DNA from: a virus
Length of the DNA stretch: 36,745 bases
IMG/VR virus record: IMGVR_UViG_3300045988_158810
Direction: 5' to 3' (one strand)
Below the pieces are notes generated by a model. It searched no databases and was not told the DNA's origin. It saw nothing but the letters and a program-made list of their open reading frames with translations. Each line of letters opens with the position of its first letter. The first letter of the stretch is position 1. This document shows positions 1-7,712 of this stretch, piece by piece. The position numbers were made by a program, and so were the translations under genes.

Positions 1-55
1 GAATGAGAACAGAAGAACAGATAAAAGCGTCACGCATTAGATACTATCTGAAGAA
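1..55. repeat. Terminal direct repeat (identical to 36691-36745): assembly overlap of a circular/closed genome
   Basis: The first 55 nt (gaatgagaacagaagaacagataaaagcgtcacgcattagatactatctgaagaa) are repeated exactly as the last 55 nt. The ORF ending at 36696 overlaps by ATGA an ATG that corresponds to position 3. Confidence 0.85.
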
Positions 56-158
56 CAAAGAAGTCATGAAGTATGCCCGTATATATCGGGTTGGCCTCGC
101 TGAGGCGCGCAAAAAGTTAGTGGAGGAGCAGAATGCAGTATCCGGAAAAACCTTTTGA
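3..158 (+). CDS. small hypothetical protein (51 aa) spanning the contig junction
   Basis: ATG at 3-5 lies inside the terminal repeat and forms an ATGA overlap with the stop of ORF 36403..36696 on the circle. Translation MRTEEQIKASRIRYYLKNKEVMKYARIYRVGLAEARKKLVEEQNAVSGKTF; not in the ORF track (<60 aa). Confidence 0.35.
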   Translation: MRTEEQIKASRIRYYLKNKEVMKYARIYRVGLAEARKKLVEEQNAVSGKTF

Positions 159-639
159 ACACAGGGATGCCGTGCTGGGGATTTCGTTCCCTTTGGTGGC
201 GATAGACTATTACCCCGCCGTGTGCGGGAAACCCTCGCCCGCGCTTCAGAAACTTAGGCCTATCCTGAAACGCCTCCATGACAGTCTCAAGGTAGACCGG
301 CTCAGTGTCGGAGAAAGCAGAGCTATCAAAGCCGCGTGCGATGGCGCAGCGGATAACGGAGCGATCTACGATACAACGGAGCCGAAGGATGAGCAGCTGC
401 GCGGCTGGCGCGTCATCTGGTTTGTCGCGGAATACGCTTTTGGTGACGCGTGGGTCATGGCCCCCAGCTGGAGGGATAAGAACATGCCTATCTGGAGAGA
501 GGCAAAAACCATTATCGACCGTGTCACCCGGTCGATGTATCAGCACCACCCCGCGGAAGAGGAAGAGGCGTGTAGGATATGGTGCTGCCACGCATCGCCG
601 TATAAAAATCGCAGGCTGGAGGGCATATGGAAGAGCTGA
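133..639 (+). CDS. hypothetical protein
   Basis: 168-aa ORF packed co-directionally in the plus-strand early operon between the junction ORF and the integrase; no recognisable motif. An alternative frame 305..676 also exists. Confidence 0.35.
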   Translation: MQYPEKPFEHRDAVLGISFPLVAIDYYPAVCGKPSPALQKLRPILKRLHDSLKVDRLSVGESRAIKAACDGAADNGAIYDTTEPKDEQLRGWRVIWFVAEYAFGDAWVMAPSWRDKNMPIWREAKTIIDRVTRSMYQHHPAEEEEACRIWCCHASPYKNRRLEGIWKS

Positions 640-779
640 TATCTGCACTGGAGTTGGCCATAGCACGGGTCGATGAGCTTCTTGACAAAGAAGAATGCGG
701 CTTCGTTCACAACAGGCTGGAGAGAGTGAAGTTCAACCTGGTGGAGGCCATCCTCCTGCTTCTCAAGGAGGAGAAATAA
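627..779 (+). CDS. small hypothetical protein (50 aa)
   Basis: ATG with upstream GGAGGG. Predicted helical peptide MEELISALELAIARVDELLDKEECGFVHNRLERVKFNLVEAILLLLKEEK. Its stop overlaps the next start (TAATG at 777-781). Confidence 0.3.
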   Translation: MEELISALELAIARVDELLDKEECGFVHNRLERVKFNLVEAILLLLKEEK

Positions 780-1003
780 TGGACTTCCCCACAGAGTCAA
801 GCCTCTTAAGCGCAATCGGACGCCTGCGTGCCATCCGGAAGCGCCGGCTGGAGATAAGGAAGGAGGACGCAGCTCTTGAGGCGGAAGAGAATGAGATCCT
901 TGAAGTTGGGGCCGCTAGACCACTTCGAAGAAAAACGATAAGTGCGTCTGATGCGGCGGCCCTCATCCGGGAAGGAAAACTCCGTGAGCGTTTATCGACG
1001 TAA
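779..1003 (+). CDS. small basic/coiled-coil protein immediately upstream of and overlapping int (candidate excisionase or regulator)
   Basis: Internal ATG of track ORF 695..1003 preceded by a strong RBS AAGGAGGAGAAATAATG. It overlaps the integrase start by ~20 nt, a typical xis-int arrangement. No clear HTH motif was recognised. Confidence 0.4.
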   Translation: MDFPTESSLLSAIGRLRAIRKRRLEIRKEDAALEAEENEILEVGAARPLRRKTISASDAAALIREGKLRERLST

Positions 1004-1967
1004 AGACGGCCGTTTTGTCTGCAAATTCAAAGAAGGCAATAGTTGGAAACAGAAGAGCTTCCGCACCCGAGAGGAGGCGGAAGCCCTTCAAAAGGAAAAA
1101 AGCTATGACGAACGAAGTAATAACAGGCTCACCGTATCAGAGTCAATTCTTCTGTTTCTGTCGCGCACGAAGCATGCCAGAACCACAGAAGACTACTACG
1201 CACTCGTTTTGTCGCGCATGGGGGACAGTATGGCCACAAGATACGTAGACAGCCTGACACGCCGTGACCTGGAACACTTTAGGGACGTATTGCGTCAGAA
1301 ATGGCACCTTTCGGCGTATTCCATTAATCGCCACGTGCAGAAACTCCTCGCGGCGTGGCGGTGGTGTGCGAGTGAAGACTTCCTTGAAACTGTCCCGTGG
1401 GAGAAGTACAGGCATCTGCCCGAGGACCCGCACGGGCATTGGTGCGGAAGTTTTGACGACTTCCGCAAGGTGTATGCAGTGTGTGCTCCCGCGCTCCAGT
1501 GGGCCATACGCACATGCCTTGCCCTGTGCCTGCGTCCGGGCAAGGAAGTCATTAATCTGAAATGGCGGGACGTGGACCTTGTGCACGGCAGGGCCTCGGT
1601 CTGGATGCCCAAAACGCGCCGGCAGAAGGTTGTTTTCTGTCCGCGCTGGTGGCTGGACGAGGCCAGGCAGAAAGCTCAGGGAAGGAACCCGGAAGAACCT
1701 GTCTGCCAGTCGCCACACGGGAAACCGTACTCCACGATAAAATACTTTTGGCATACGGCCTGCGAGAAAGCCGGCGTTGTCCAGTTCCCTATGTACACCG
1801 TCCGTCACATGGCAGCCAGCCTGATGCTGGAAGCCGGAGCGGACATAGCCGCCGTCGCCGCGCAACTGGGGCACAAGAATATCACCACGACAGGGGCGTT
1901 TTATACCCATGCCGTGGCGGGTGCTCAGGAGAGAGCCGCGCAGGATTTGCCGGCCCTCCCCTCATAA
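984..1967 (+). CDS. int: tyrosine recombinase / phage integrase
   Basis: Catalytic C-terminal residues in order (…R…HxxR [VRHMAAS]…LGHKNITTTGAFYTH with the terminal Y). N-terminal SVYRRKDGRFVCKFK…SFRTREEAEAL resembles an AP2-like arm-binding domain. A GTG at 984 with GGAAGGAAAA RBS is preferred over the track start at 942. Confidence 0.9.
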   Translation: MSVYRRKDGRFVCKFKEGNSWKQKSFRTREEAEALQKEKSYDERSNNRLTVSESILLFLSRTKHARTTEDYYALVLSRMGDSMATRYVDSLTRRDLEHFRDVLRQKWHLSAYSINRHVQKLLAAWRWCASEDFLETVPWEKYRHLPEDPHGHWCGSFDDFRKVYAVCAPALQWAIRTCLALCLRPGKEVINLKWRDVDLVHGRASVWMPKTRRQKVVFCPRWWLDEARQKAQGRNPEEPVCQSPHGKPYSTIKYFWHTACEKAGVVQFPMYTVRHMAASLMLEAGADIAAVAAQLGHKNITTTGAFYTHAVAGAQERAAQDLPALPS

Positions 1968-2115
1968 TTGGTGCAGAATGGTGCAGTTTTTTAGGCTAAG
2001 TGACTGAAAACAGGGCATAAGGCGCTAAATAGACTGTCCCAGGAAAGGAATACGTATTTAGCGCAAATTCAATAACTTACAACACGTCCTGCACCATAAG
2101 TATGGTGCAGGCCGG
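1968..2115. promoter_or_regulatory. candidate attP / Int arm-site region (GGTGCAG repeats and palindromes)
   Basis: Tandem tggtgcagaa/tggtgcagtt at ~1970-1989. A perfect palindrome cctgcaccataagtatggtgcagg at ~2088-2112. A second inverted repeat ggcgctaaata…tatttagcgc at ~2020-2066. All lie directly downstream of int. Confidence 0.4.
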
Positions 2116-2132
2116 AAAAGGCCGCCGCATAG

Positions 2133-2167
2133 AGCCCCGAAAGATAGTTCCTTTCGGGGCTTTTCTT
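2133..2167 (+). terminator. rho-independent terminator (possibly bidirectional, between convergent int and late operons)
   Basis: An 11-bp stem agccccgaaag / ctttcggggct with a 7-nt loop, followed by TTTCTT. Confidence 0.65.
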
Positions 2168-2169
2168 GT

Positions 2170-2277
2170 CTACTCGTCAGCGTCAAGCATTGCCTGCACG
2201 GCCGCTCTCCAGCGGGTGGGAACCTCGTCAATTGTCATACGGCCCGTTTTGATCATCCTGTAGTAAATCTTAGCCAT
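2170..2277 (-). CDS. XkdX-like small phage protein (35 aa)
   Basis: MAKIYYRMIKTGRMTIDEVPTRWRAAVQAMLDADE. Its size, position at the 3' end of the tail-fibre module and the pattern ..Y..g..T.deVP..W…V… match XkdX-family mini-proteins. Its start overlaps the Tfa stop by 8 nt. Confidence 0.45.
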   Translation of the reverse strand: MAKIYYRMIKTGRMTIDEVPTRWRAAVQAMLDADE

Positions 2278-2788
2278 TTTTCGCCTCCAGTTTGGCAATC
2301 CGCTGTTCAAGTTCAGCCGCATAGGCGGCAAGGTCAAGGGCGGCCGCGTCCGATTCTTCTTTGTCGGAGGCGGAAGTCATGCCCAGCTCCGCAACTGCCG
2401 CCTCAAGGTCGGGCACTCGGGCCGCCTCGGCCTCTGCCTGTTTGCGCCGTTCTTCTTCAGCGGCCTTTTCTTCTGCTGTCTGCTCGGGGCGCGTCAGCGA
2501 TGCTCCTTCAGGGAGCGGCCCCAACTCCTTCATCTCCACGGGGGAGCTGTTGTACGGTGCCCTTTTCGGCCAATACCGGGCTCCCCGGTGATCTTCTGTC
2601 TCAATCCACCCGAATCCGTTCCAGACGGCAATGTAGCCAGTGCGTTTTGCCGGAGGCTCTGTGAATGTGGCGTTAGCCGGAAGAAGGTACACTTCACGCC
2701 CTTCCATCCGAGACCTTACGGGGTCAGGGAAGCATGGTACCGGTTCAAGGAACTCATGCGTAGTTGTTGAATACATGTATGCTTGCAT
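2270..2788 (-). CDS. tfa: tail fibre assembly protein (Tfa / Caudo_TAP-like chaperone)
   Basis: LLPANATFTEPP…GYIAVWNGFGWIETEDHRGARYW matches the conserved core of caudoviral tail-fibre assembly proteins. It sits immediately downstream of a tail-fibre gene. Confidence 0.7.
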   Translation of the reverse strand: MQAYMYSTTTHEFLEPVPCFPDPVRSRMEGREVYLLPANATFTEPPAKRTGYIAVWNGFGWIETEDHRGARYWPKRAPYNSSPVEMKELGPLPEGASLTRPEQTAEEKAAEEERRKQAEAEAARVPDLEAAVAELGMTSASDKEESDAAALDLAAYAAELEQRIAKLEAKNG

Positions 2789-2796
2789 TAGGCCTC

Positions 2797-3486
2797 CTAT
2801 TCATACCGAATGCAGGGGAGAAGGCAGAGGGCCGGCGGCTGTACCGTATTAGAATTGCCGTAAATTGAGTTGTAACTACTCGCTCTAAATGTGAACGCAC
2901 CACCGGAAGTTGCGCCTGAATTGTTCGTCAACTGTGCAGGCGTTCTATAAGAATTGTGTTGTTGTTTAAGCGTCATCGCACCAGACGTACCTTGTATAAT
3001 ATTTGCCTGTTCTGCGCCGTGCAGGGTAAAATCGCCTTGTATATCGGGCGCCCCTGCGTCAATGGCTGTGCCTACAGACGTAGATCCCCACGGGACCTTG
3101 CCCATCAGGTTGGGCAATAAGAATATGTCTGGATCGCTATATCGCGGATCTTCGATTTTGAGGCTCTCATCAAGGTATCGTGGCGTAAAAGTCTTCCCAA
3201 TTGCGGCGAATAGAGCGACGTAATTAGATGTGCCCACGGCAGCGCCGTTGCAGACCAGCCACCCCTCCGGAGGCGTGAACATAGCAAACCAGCGGATCTC
3301 ACCGATGACCGCTCCACGCCGCAATGAGTTGTCTGCGCTGTCGAGGGCGTCACACTTGTTTTTAAGCGCGGCCATCACTGACCGGATAGCGTTGTTAATG
3401 TTTTTGGCCGGGCAGTGCTCGGCAATATTGATGCCGTCAACCGTGGTATTTTCGTCGGCAACGGCCGACCAATCGGATACACTCAT
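2797..3486 (-). CDS. tail fibre protein B (phage tail collar domain)
   Basis: Conserved fibre N-terminus MSVSDWSAVADENTTVDGINIAEHCPAKNINNAIR. Collar-domain motif GEIRWFAMFTPPEGWLVCNGAAVGTSNYVALFAAIGKTF. Its N-terminus is paralogous to ORF 4716..5372. Confidence 0.75.
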   Translation of the reverse strand: MSVSDWSAVADENTTVDGINIAEHCPAKNINNAIRSVMAALKNKCDALDSADNSLRRGAVIGEIRWFAMFTPPEGWLVCNGAAVGTSNYVALFAAIGKTFTPRYLDESLKIEDPRYSDPDIFLLPNLMGKVPWGSTSVGTAIDAGAPDIQGDFTLHGAEQANIIQGTSGAMTLKQQHNSYRTPAQLTNNSGATSGGAFTFRASSYNSIYGNSNTVQPPALCLLPCIRYE

Positions 3487-3737
3487 CTTTCCGCCTCCGG
3501 TAATTGTGTCCGGCTCTTTTCACTCTCATACGCTTTCCGGCAATGCTCGCTCTGCCAGAAGAGGAGCCCGTCAATCATTCTGCGTGGCCACTCTCGGGCA
3601 CCGTCCACATGCCAGCGCCACGCATGGGCGGACAGGGTTTCATCGGCCCACGCCTTCTCACAGAAACAGCATGACACGAAGACATTTCCCAGTTGGTCAA
3701 GCGCAATAGCCAGCTGATGAAGGTTATGCCGTAACAT
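3483..3737 (-). CDS. hypothetical Cys/His/Trp-rich small protein in the tail-fibre module
   Basis: Internal Met start giving a 14-nt overlap with the upstream gene; its stop overlaps the fibre B start (ATGA). Contains CCFCEKAWADE…HAWRWH. Function unknown. Confidence 0.35.
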   Translation of the reverse strand: MLRHNLHQLAIALDQLGNVFVSCCFCEKAWADETLSAHAWRWHVDGAREWPRRMIDGLLFWQSEHCRKAYESEKSRTQLPEAER

Positions 3738-4371
3738 CTGCGTAGCTGATAACAATAGCATCCACCTCTTCTTTGGTCTTGCATGCTTCAATCTGGGAAC
3801 GCAGGGCCCACTTCCTAGCGTACAGATTGTTTCCGTAGCTGATGAGCTCCAGCTGGATTGTTTTCAGCTGTTCAAGCGTCATATTGATCAGCTGATTGTC
3901 ATAAGTCATGAACCCGACCACCTCACGCCCCGTAGCCGTCATCGCCGTAATCAGGCCGTCTACATTCTGTTTAGCTGTGGTGTTGGCATTGACCGTGTAG
4001 CCGGTGGAAGACTTGATACTCACAGAAGAAGAAACTTTGGCCTCTTCCATGGCACGGTTGAGCTCAGCCAGCTTGCGGGCCTTCACGTTTTCAAGTTTGT
4101 TGTACTCGGATTCCTGTTCGGCTTTTTCAGCCTCCCGTTTCGCCTTTTCCGTCTCCCAGAACTGCACATAGGGGGCAACGGCGCGGTCATAGTCGGCCGC
4201 CGTGAGAGGCTCACCCGTGAAGCCGTCCAGCTCAAGTGTTCCGCTTCCCTCATGCCACTGAATGGCGTGTACTTTTTCGTGTCCAGCTACGGGCGGAAAC
4301 TTGAACTGCATAGGGACCCCGCCCACGGAGATAACGCCATCTCCGGGAATTACCGTGACATGTTCTTCCAT
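3724..4371 (-). CDS. tail-fibre-associated protein (possible DUF4376-like fibre chaperone)
   Basis: Position between the two fibre genes. C-terminal helical segment DNQLINMTLEQLKTIQLELISYGNNLYARKWALRSQIEACKTKEEVDAI resembles fibre-assembly-associated domains. Coiled-coil middle region. Confidence 0.4.
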   Translation of the reverse strand: MEEHVTVIPGDGVISVGGVPMQFKFPPVAGHEKVHAIQWHEGSGTLELDGFTGEPLTAADYDRAVAPYVQFWETEKAKREAEKAEQESEYNKLENVKARKLAELNRAMEEAKVSSSVSIKSSTGYTVNANTTAKQNVDGLITAMTATGREVVGFMTYDNQLINMTLEQLKTIQLELISYGNNLYARKWALRSQIEACKTKEEVDAIVISYADVTA

Positions 4372-4374
4372 TTT

Positions 4375-4716
4375 TTACCCCTTTATTGCCTTCATTGTGT
4401 TTGTGTGATTAGCCTGCACGAGGCGGGGCTTCCCGCTGGCGAGCGTATAGAACTGCTCCCGCAGGGCACGGCCCTCTTCGATGTTTTCACATCGCGCGGC
4501 GCTCACCTCGGCCCCCACCTTGGAGATTTCCCCGGCAAGCATGCCGGTGACATTCGCCTGCTCCATTAGGAGCATGGGAGTGAGTGTAAAAGCGCACCCC
4601 TCAAAGGAGGCGTTCACACTGTCCTTGCTCCCGCTGTAGCTCATCCAGAGTTCGCACCCGCCGTTTTTGTTGTGCTCGGGGCACTCGCCAAAATTCCTGA
4701 AAGGGCATCCCGCCAT
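4375..4716 (-). CDS. hypothetical Cys-rich protein downstream of fibre A
   Basis: 113 aa with five Cys in the first 45 residues (CPFRNFGECPEHNKNGGCELW…GCAF). Its start overlaps the fibre A stop (4716). Confidence 0.4.
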   Translation of the reverse strand: MAGCPFRNFGECPEHNKNGGCELWMSYSGSKDSVNASFEGCAFTLTPMLLMEQANVTGMLAGEISKVGAEVSAARCENIEEGRALREQFYTLASGKPRLVQANHTNTMKAIKG

Positions 4717-5372
4717 TACACTCTCTCCGCTAAAATAGTATCAAGATAGTTCACGTTGAAGTCTATGCTATGGGCATGGGCGTTGTTCCATGTCCCGTGC
4801 CCATGGGAGCCGTTGCCGCCGTTCCAGCCCACGGCATCCCCGTAGTAGTTGCCGGAGCCGTTCTGCCCACCATAACGGGCCACGGCCCACGCGTCCCAGC
4901 CGCCGCCGCCAGCGTCGACAAAGAGTTCCCAGAGGCCGTGAGTGTGGGACGGGATTTGTGCGAGAGAAAGCGTTGTTTCATAAACGCCCATAGAGATACT
5001 GTTGCTTGTGGTTCCTCTGCCAGCCGTAAAGCACTCCGTGAACGTTCTTCCTGTTGTCCTGTTCCCGGGCGTTCCGGACGTCAGCCGCAGTGCGCAGTTG
5101 TCATAATCGGTAATTTTCTTCCATCCGGAGGGCGCGGCTCCCTGCTGGAAGAACATGCGGCATCCGGAAGGAAAATATTTATCGAAGTTAGTTTGCGCGC
5201 TGGAAACGGCCGCCGCAATATCAGCGGTTACATCCTCACGATACGCGGCGAGGTCCGCCATGAGTTGGCGGATAGCGTTGTTGACATTGGACGGAAGACA
5301 CCCTTCCGCTACGTTAATACCGCTGATGCTGGTGTTGTTGTCGGCCGTTGTGCTGTAGTCTGATACGGGCAT
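4716..5372 (-). CDS. tail fibre protein A (paralogue of fibre B with a different C-terminal domain)
   Basis: N-terminus MPVSDYSTTADNNTSISGINVAEGCLPSNVNNAIRQLMADL aligns to fibre B's N-terminus. Gly/Trp/His-rich C-terminus (GGGGWDAW…GWNGGNGSHGHGTWNN). Follows the large virion proteins. Confidence 0.7.
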   Translation of the reverse strand: MPVSDYSTTADNNTSISGINVAEGCLPSNVNNAIRQLMADLAAYREDVTADIAAAVSSAQTNFDKYFPSGCRMFFQQGAAPSGWKKITDYDNCALRLTSGTPGNRTTGRTFTECFTAGRGTTSNSISMGVYETTLSLAQIPSHTHGLWELFVDAGGGGWDAWAVARYGGQNGSGNYYGDAVGWNGGNGSHGHGTWNNAHAHSIDFNVNYLDTILAERV

Positions 5373-7712
5373 TTACTTCTCCTTCTTCTTCTTGCCTTGC
5401 CGCATATACCCGAGAAGCCCGCCGCCGGCGGCTCCCCTTGCCATGTTCTCCGTGGTTCTCCGGAGATAGGGCCCCGCGTCAGGGTATTCCAGTCTGTGGG
5501 GAGCTGCATTCCGCATAAGGTTCACGCCGTACATGGGAGACAGAAGCCCGCGTTCTACTTCATCGAAAACAGCGGTGTTGCGGTTGTCAAGAAGACGGTC
5601 AATTGACGGGCCGATAAGCGGAATTTTTGAAAATGTCGGGGCGATTGTATTCCCCAGGCGCCCCTGTCCGTACAGGTTGCGGGCGGTAGGCGAACCGACA
5701 GTTGCGCCGAGCTGGTCATTGCGGGCAACGCGGCTCATATCAGCCTGAAGGTTCCGCAGGTTGTCGTACTCTTCCGGGGTAAACGCAGAGGTGCCGTTCT
5801 CATAAGGGCTGCGTTCAGCCGTCCCGAGGTCAACGCCTCTCTGGAGGGCGTAATTGTCGCCGCTCTTGCGCAGCGTCTGCCTGAACGCGGCCTCGCGGCC
5901 ATTCAGGTCGCGCCCGGCGGTCTCTATCGCCTGCAAATCCCTGTCCACTTCCGGCATATACCGGAGCGCGTTTTCGTAGTTTTGGCGGAACCGCGCAAGG
6001 TTATTCGGGCTGATATTCCCGTTCTTGTCGATTGCGGCGCCGCGGGCAAGGTTCTGTACGTAGCCGGTAATCGCGTTCCTGGCTTCGGTGTCATCATAAA
6101 ACGCCCGCCCAAAAGCGTCCATAGATTCACTCCCGGCAGGCCCTTTCCGGAAGTAATTCCCCGGGATTGCGGAAGTGTCGATTGCGCCGCCGTACAGCTT
6201 ACTGCCTTTGCGGGACATGGGCAGGTTTGCCCCCTGCTCGAAGTTTTCGCCGAGCGCGCGGCGGTTCATGCGTGCGGTCAAAAGATTCTGCACCCCTTCA
6301 GGGGTAAGGCCGGAGGCAGCGTTAAGTTCTGCCGGGGCCCCGCTTGCCTCCTTTATATAGTCGTCGATATTGCGCTTCATCATATCGGCAATCCGGCCAG
6401 TCTTCCGGTCGCCTGACACGGCCGACTGATAGCCAAGGTCGCCGAGCTCGGAGCGCATTGCCTGAAGGTCGCGCCATGTGGCGGGGGTGCCGGTTTGGGC
6501 GTAAGCATCAACTGTCCGGTAGAAATTCTTGGCCTGAGCGGGCATAAGGTCACGTTCGATAGGGGACGTCCCCAACGAAGCATTGAACTTATCAAGAAGG
6601 GGGCCAAGCGAGAACCGGGCCGTCCCCTCGGGGTCTACGGCCTGATAATCGCGGTTCACGCCTTCACGTGCCGCCTGATAGTTCTGATCGTAGCGTTCGC
6701 GCAGTATAGGGCCTGCCTCACTGGCGCCCATGCCCGCTGGCATTTTGTCCGTGAGCGCCTGCCTGTCAGTTTCCAGACGGGACGCGGCCGCATCGCCAAC
6801 TTCATTTGCGAGGGCTTGTTGGGCTTCACGCTGCTGTATCCTGCGGTCAGAGAACTTACCAGAATTCACGCCGCGGCTTGCGGCGATTTTTTCAAGGGCG
6901 GAAATGCCGCCGTTGTTGGCAACCTGCCCCAGAGTAGGATCGCTTCCCGGGATAAGCGGCCCAAGGGCGGCATTGTCCATACCGGAAACCTGCCCGGCAT
7001 ACGGGCCCGCGGCGTCATTGAGCACCCGGCCGGCAATCGCCCGGCGCCCGCTGTCCGTGAAGGTGCGGGCAATATCGCGCACGTCCCCGAGGGGCGCGGC
7101 GAGAGAGATTGCCCCCAGACGGGCCGCCGGAGCGGCGAACACGGGAAGAAGACCACCCGCCACGCCGGCCGCAGCTCTCATGCCGGGGGAAGCGTCATTC
7201 TGGGTGGCGAGTTCAGAAGCCGCACCGGCACCGGCACCGCTTGCCATCTGCATACGCGGGGCATCTGTCAGGAAGCGGGAAAGCGCTGGTGCGGCTTGGG
7301 ACAGGGCCTTGCCGGCCTTAAAAGCACTGTTGAGCATTCCGGCGGGCGTACCCATTTCTATTGCGCCGGTGCCCGCCGCATGGGCCATCTTCTCTTCGTT
7401 GCTTTCCGGATTGGGCAGCCCAAGAGCATTCGCAACATCCACGCCGGGGTTACGGAACCGTTCATAGTTGCCTGTAAGCAGGCCGCTTCCGAGATTTGCA
7501 AGATAGTTGGGAAGCCCCGTAACACCGCCAAGCAGGCCCTCAATACCCGTGCGGGCCGCCAGCCCGGCAAACCGCTTCAGGCCTGTTGCGGGCTGTTGGG
7601 CGGCAGAACCGGAAGCCCCCACGTGCTGTTTCACGACTTTTAGAATTGTGTCGCTGGGCGTGCCGTCGGGAAACTGAATTGTATCCCCGTTGGGGAGATC
7701 AACAGTCGTCAT
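5373..7712 (-). CDS. large virion/internal (ejection-type) protein, Ala/Gly-rich (779 aa)
   Basis: Position in the morphogenesis operon directly upstream of the fibres. Low-complexity A/G-rich composition typical of podoviral internal/ejection proteins. No enzymatic motif recognised. Confidence 0.5.
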   Translation of the reverse strand: MTTVDLPNGDTIQFPDGTPSDTILKVVKQHVGASGSAAQQPATGLKRFAGLAARTGIEGLLGGVTGLPNYLANLGSGLLTGNYERFRNPGVDVANALGLPNPESNEEKMAHAAGTGAIEMGTPAGMLNSAFKAGKALSQAAPALSRFLTDAPRMQMASGAGAGAASELATQNDASPGMRAAAGVAGGLLPVFAAPAARLGAISLAAPLGDVRDIARTFTDSGRRAIAGRVLNDAAGPYAGQVSGMDNAALGPLIPGSDPTLGQVANNGGISALEKIAASRGVNSGKFSDRRIQQREAQQALANEVGDAAASRLETDRQALTDKMPAGMGASEAGPILRERYDQNYQAAREGVNRDYQAVDPEGTARFSLGPLLDKFNASLGTSPIERDLMPAQAKNFYRTVDAYAQTGTPATWRDLQAMRSELGDLGYQSAVSGDRKTGRIADMMKRNIDDYIKEASGAPAELNAASGLTPEGVQNLLTARMNRRALGENFEQGANLPMSRKGSKLYGGAIDTSAIPGNYFRKGPAGSESMDAFGRAFYDDTEARNAITGYVQNLARGAAIDKNGNISPNNLARFRQNYENALRYMPEVDRDLQAIETAGRDLNGREAAFRQTLRKSGDNYALQRGVDLGTAERSPYENGTSAFTPEEYDNLRNLQADMSRVARNDQLGATVGSPTARNLYGQGRLGNTIAPTFSKIPLIGPSIDRLLDNRNTAVFDEVERGLLSPMYGVNLMRNAAPHRLEYPDAGPYLRRTTENMARGAAGGGLLGYMRQGKKKKEK

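Noticed and set aside
305-676. 123-aa alternative-frame ORF overlapping 133..639
   Set aside because: Arg/Ser/Gly-rich, off-frame-like composition; the 133..639 frame reads more protein-like.
1968-2167. tRNA gene or fragment at attP
   Set aside because: No cloverleaf-compatible sequence or T-loop (GTTCGAATC-like) motif was found by eye.
2797-5372. Diversity-generating retroelement or invertible G-segment acting on the fibre genes
   Set aside because: No reverse transcriptase or Gin/Hin-type invertase ORF exists in the genome. The two fibre genes are co-directional with complete starts, which excludes inversion switching.
6495-7643. 382-aa and 245-aa plus-strand ORFs inside the 779-aa virion gene
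   Set aside because: Antisense to a coupled structural operon; Arg/Gly/Ala-rich junk translations.
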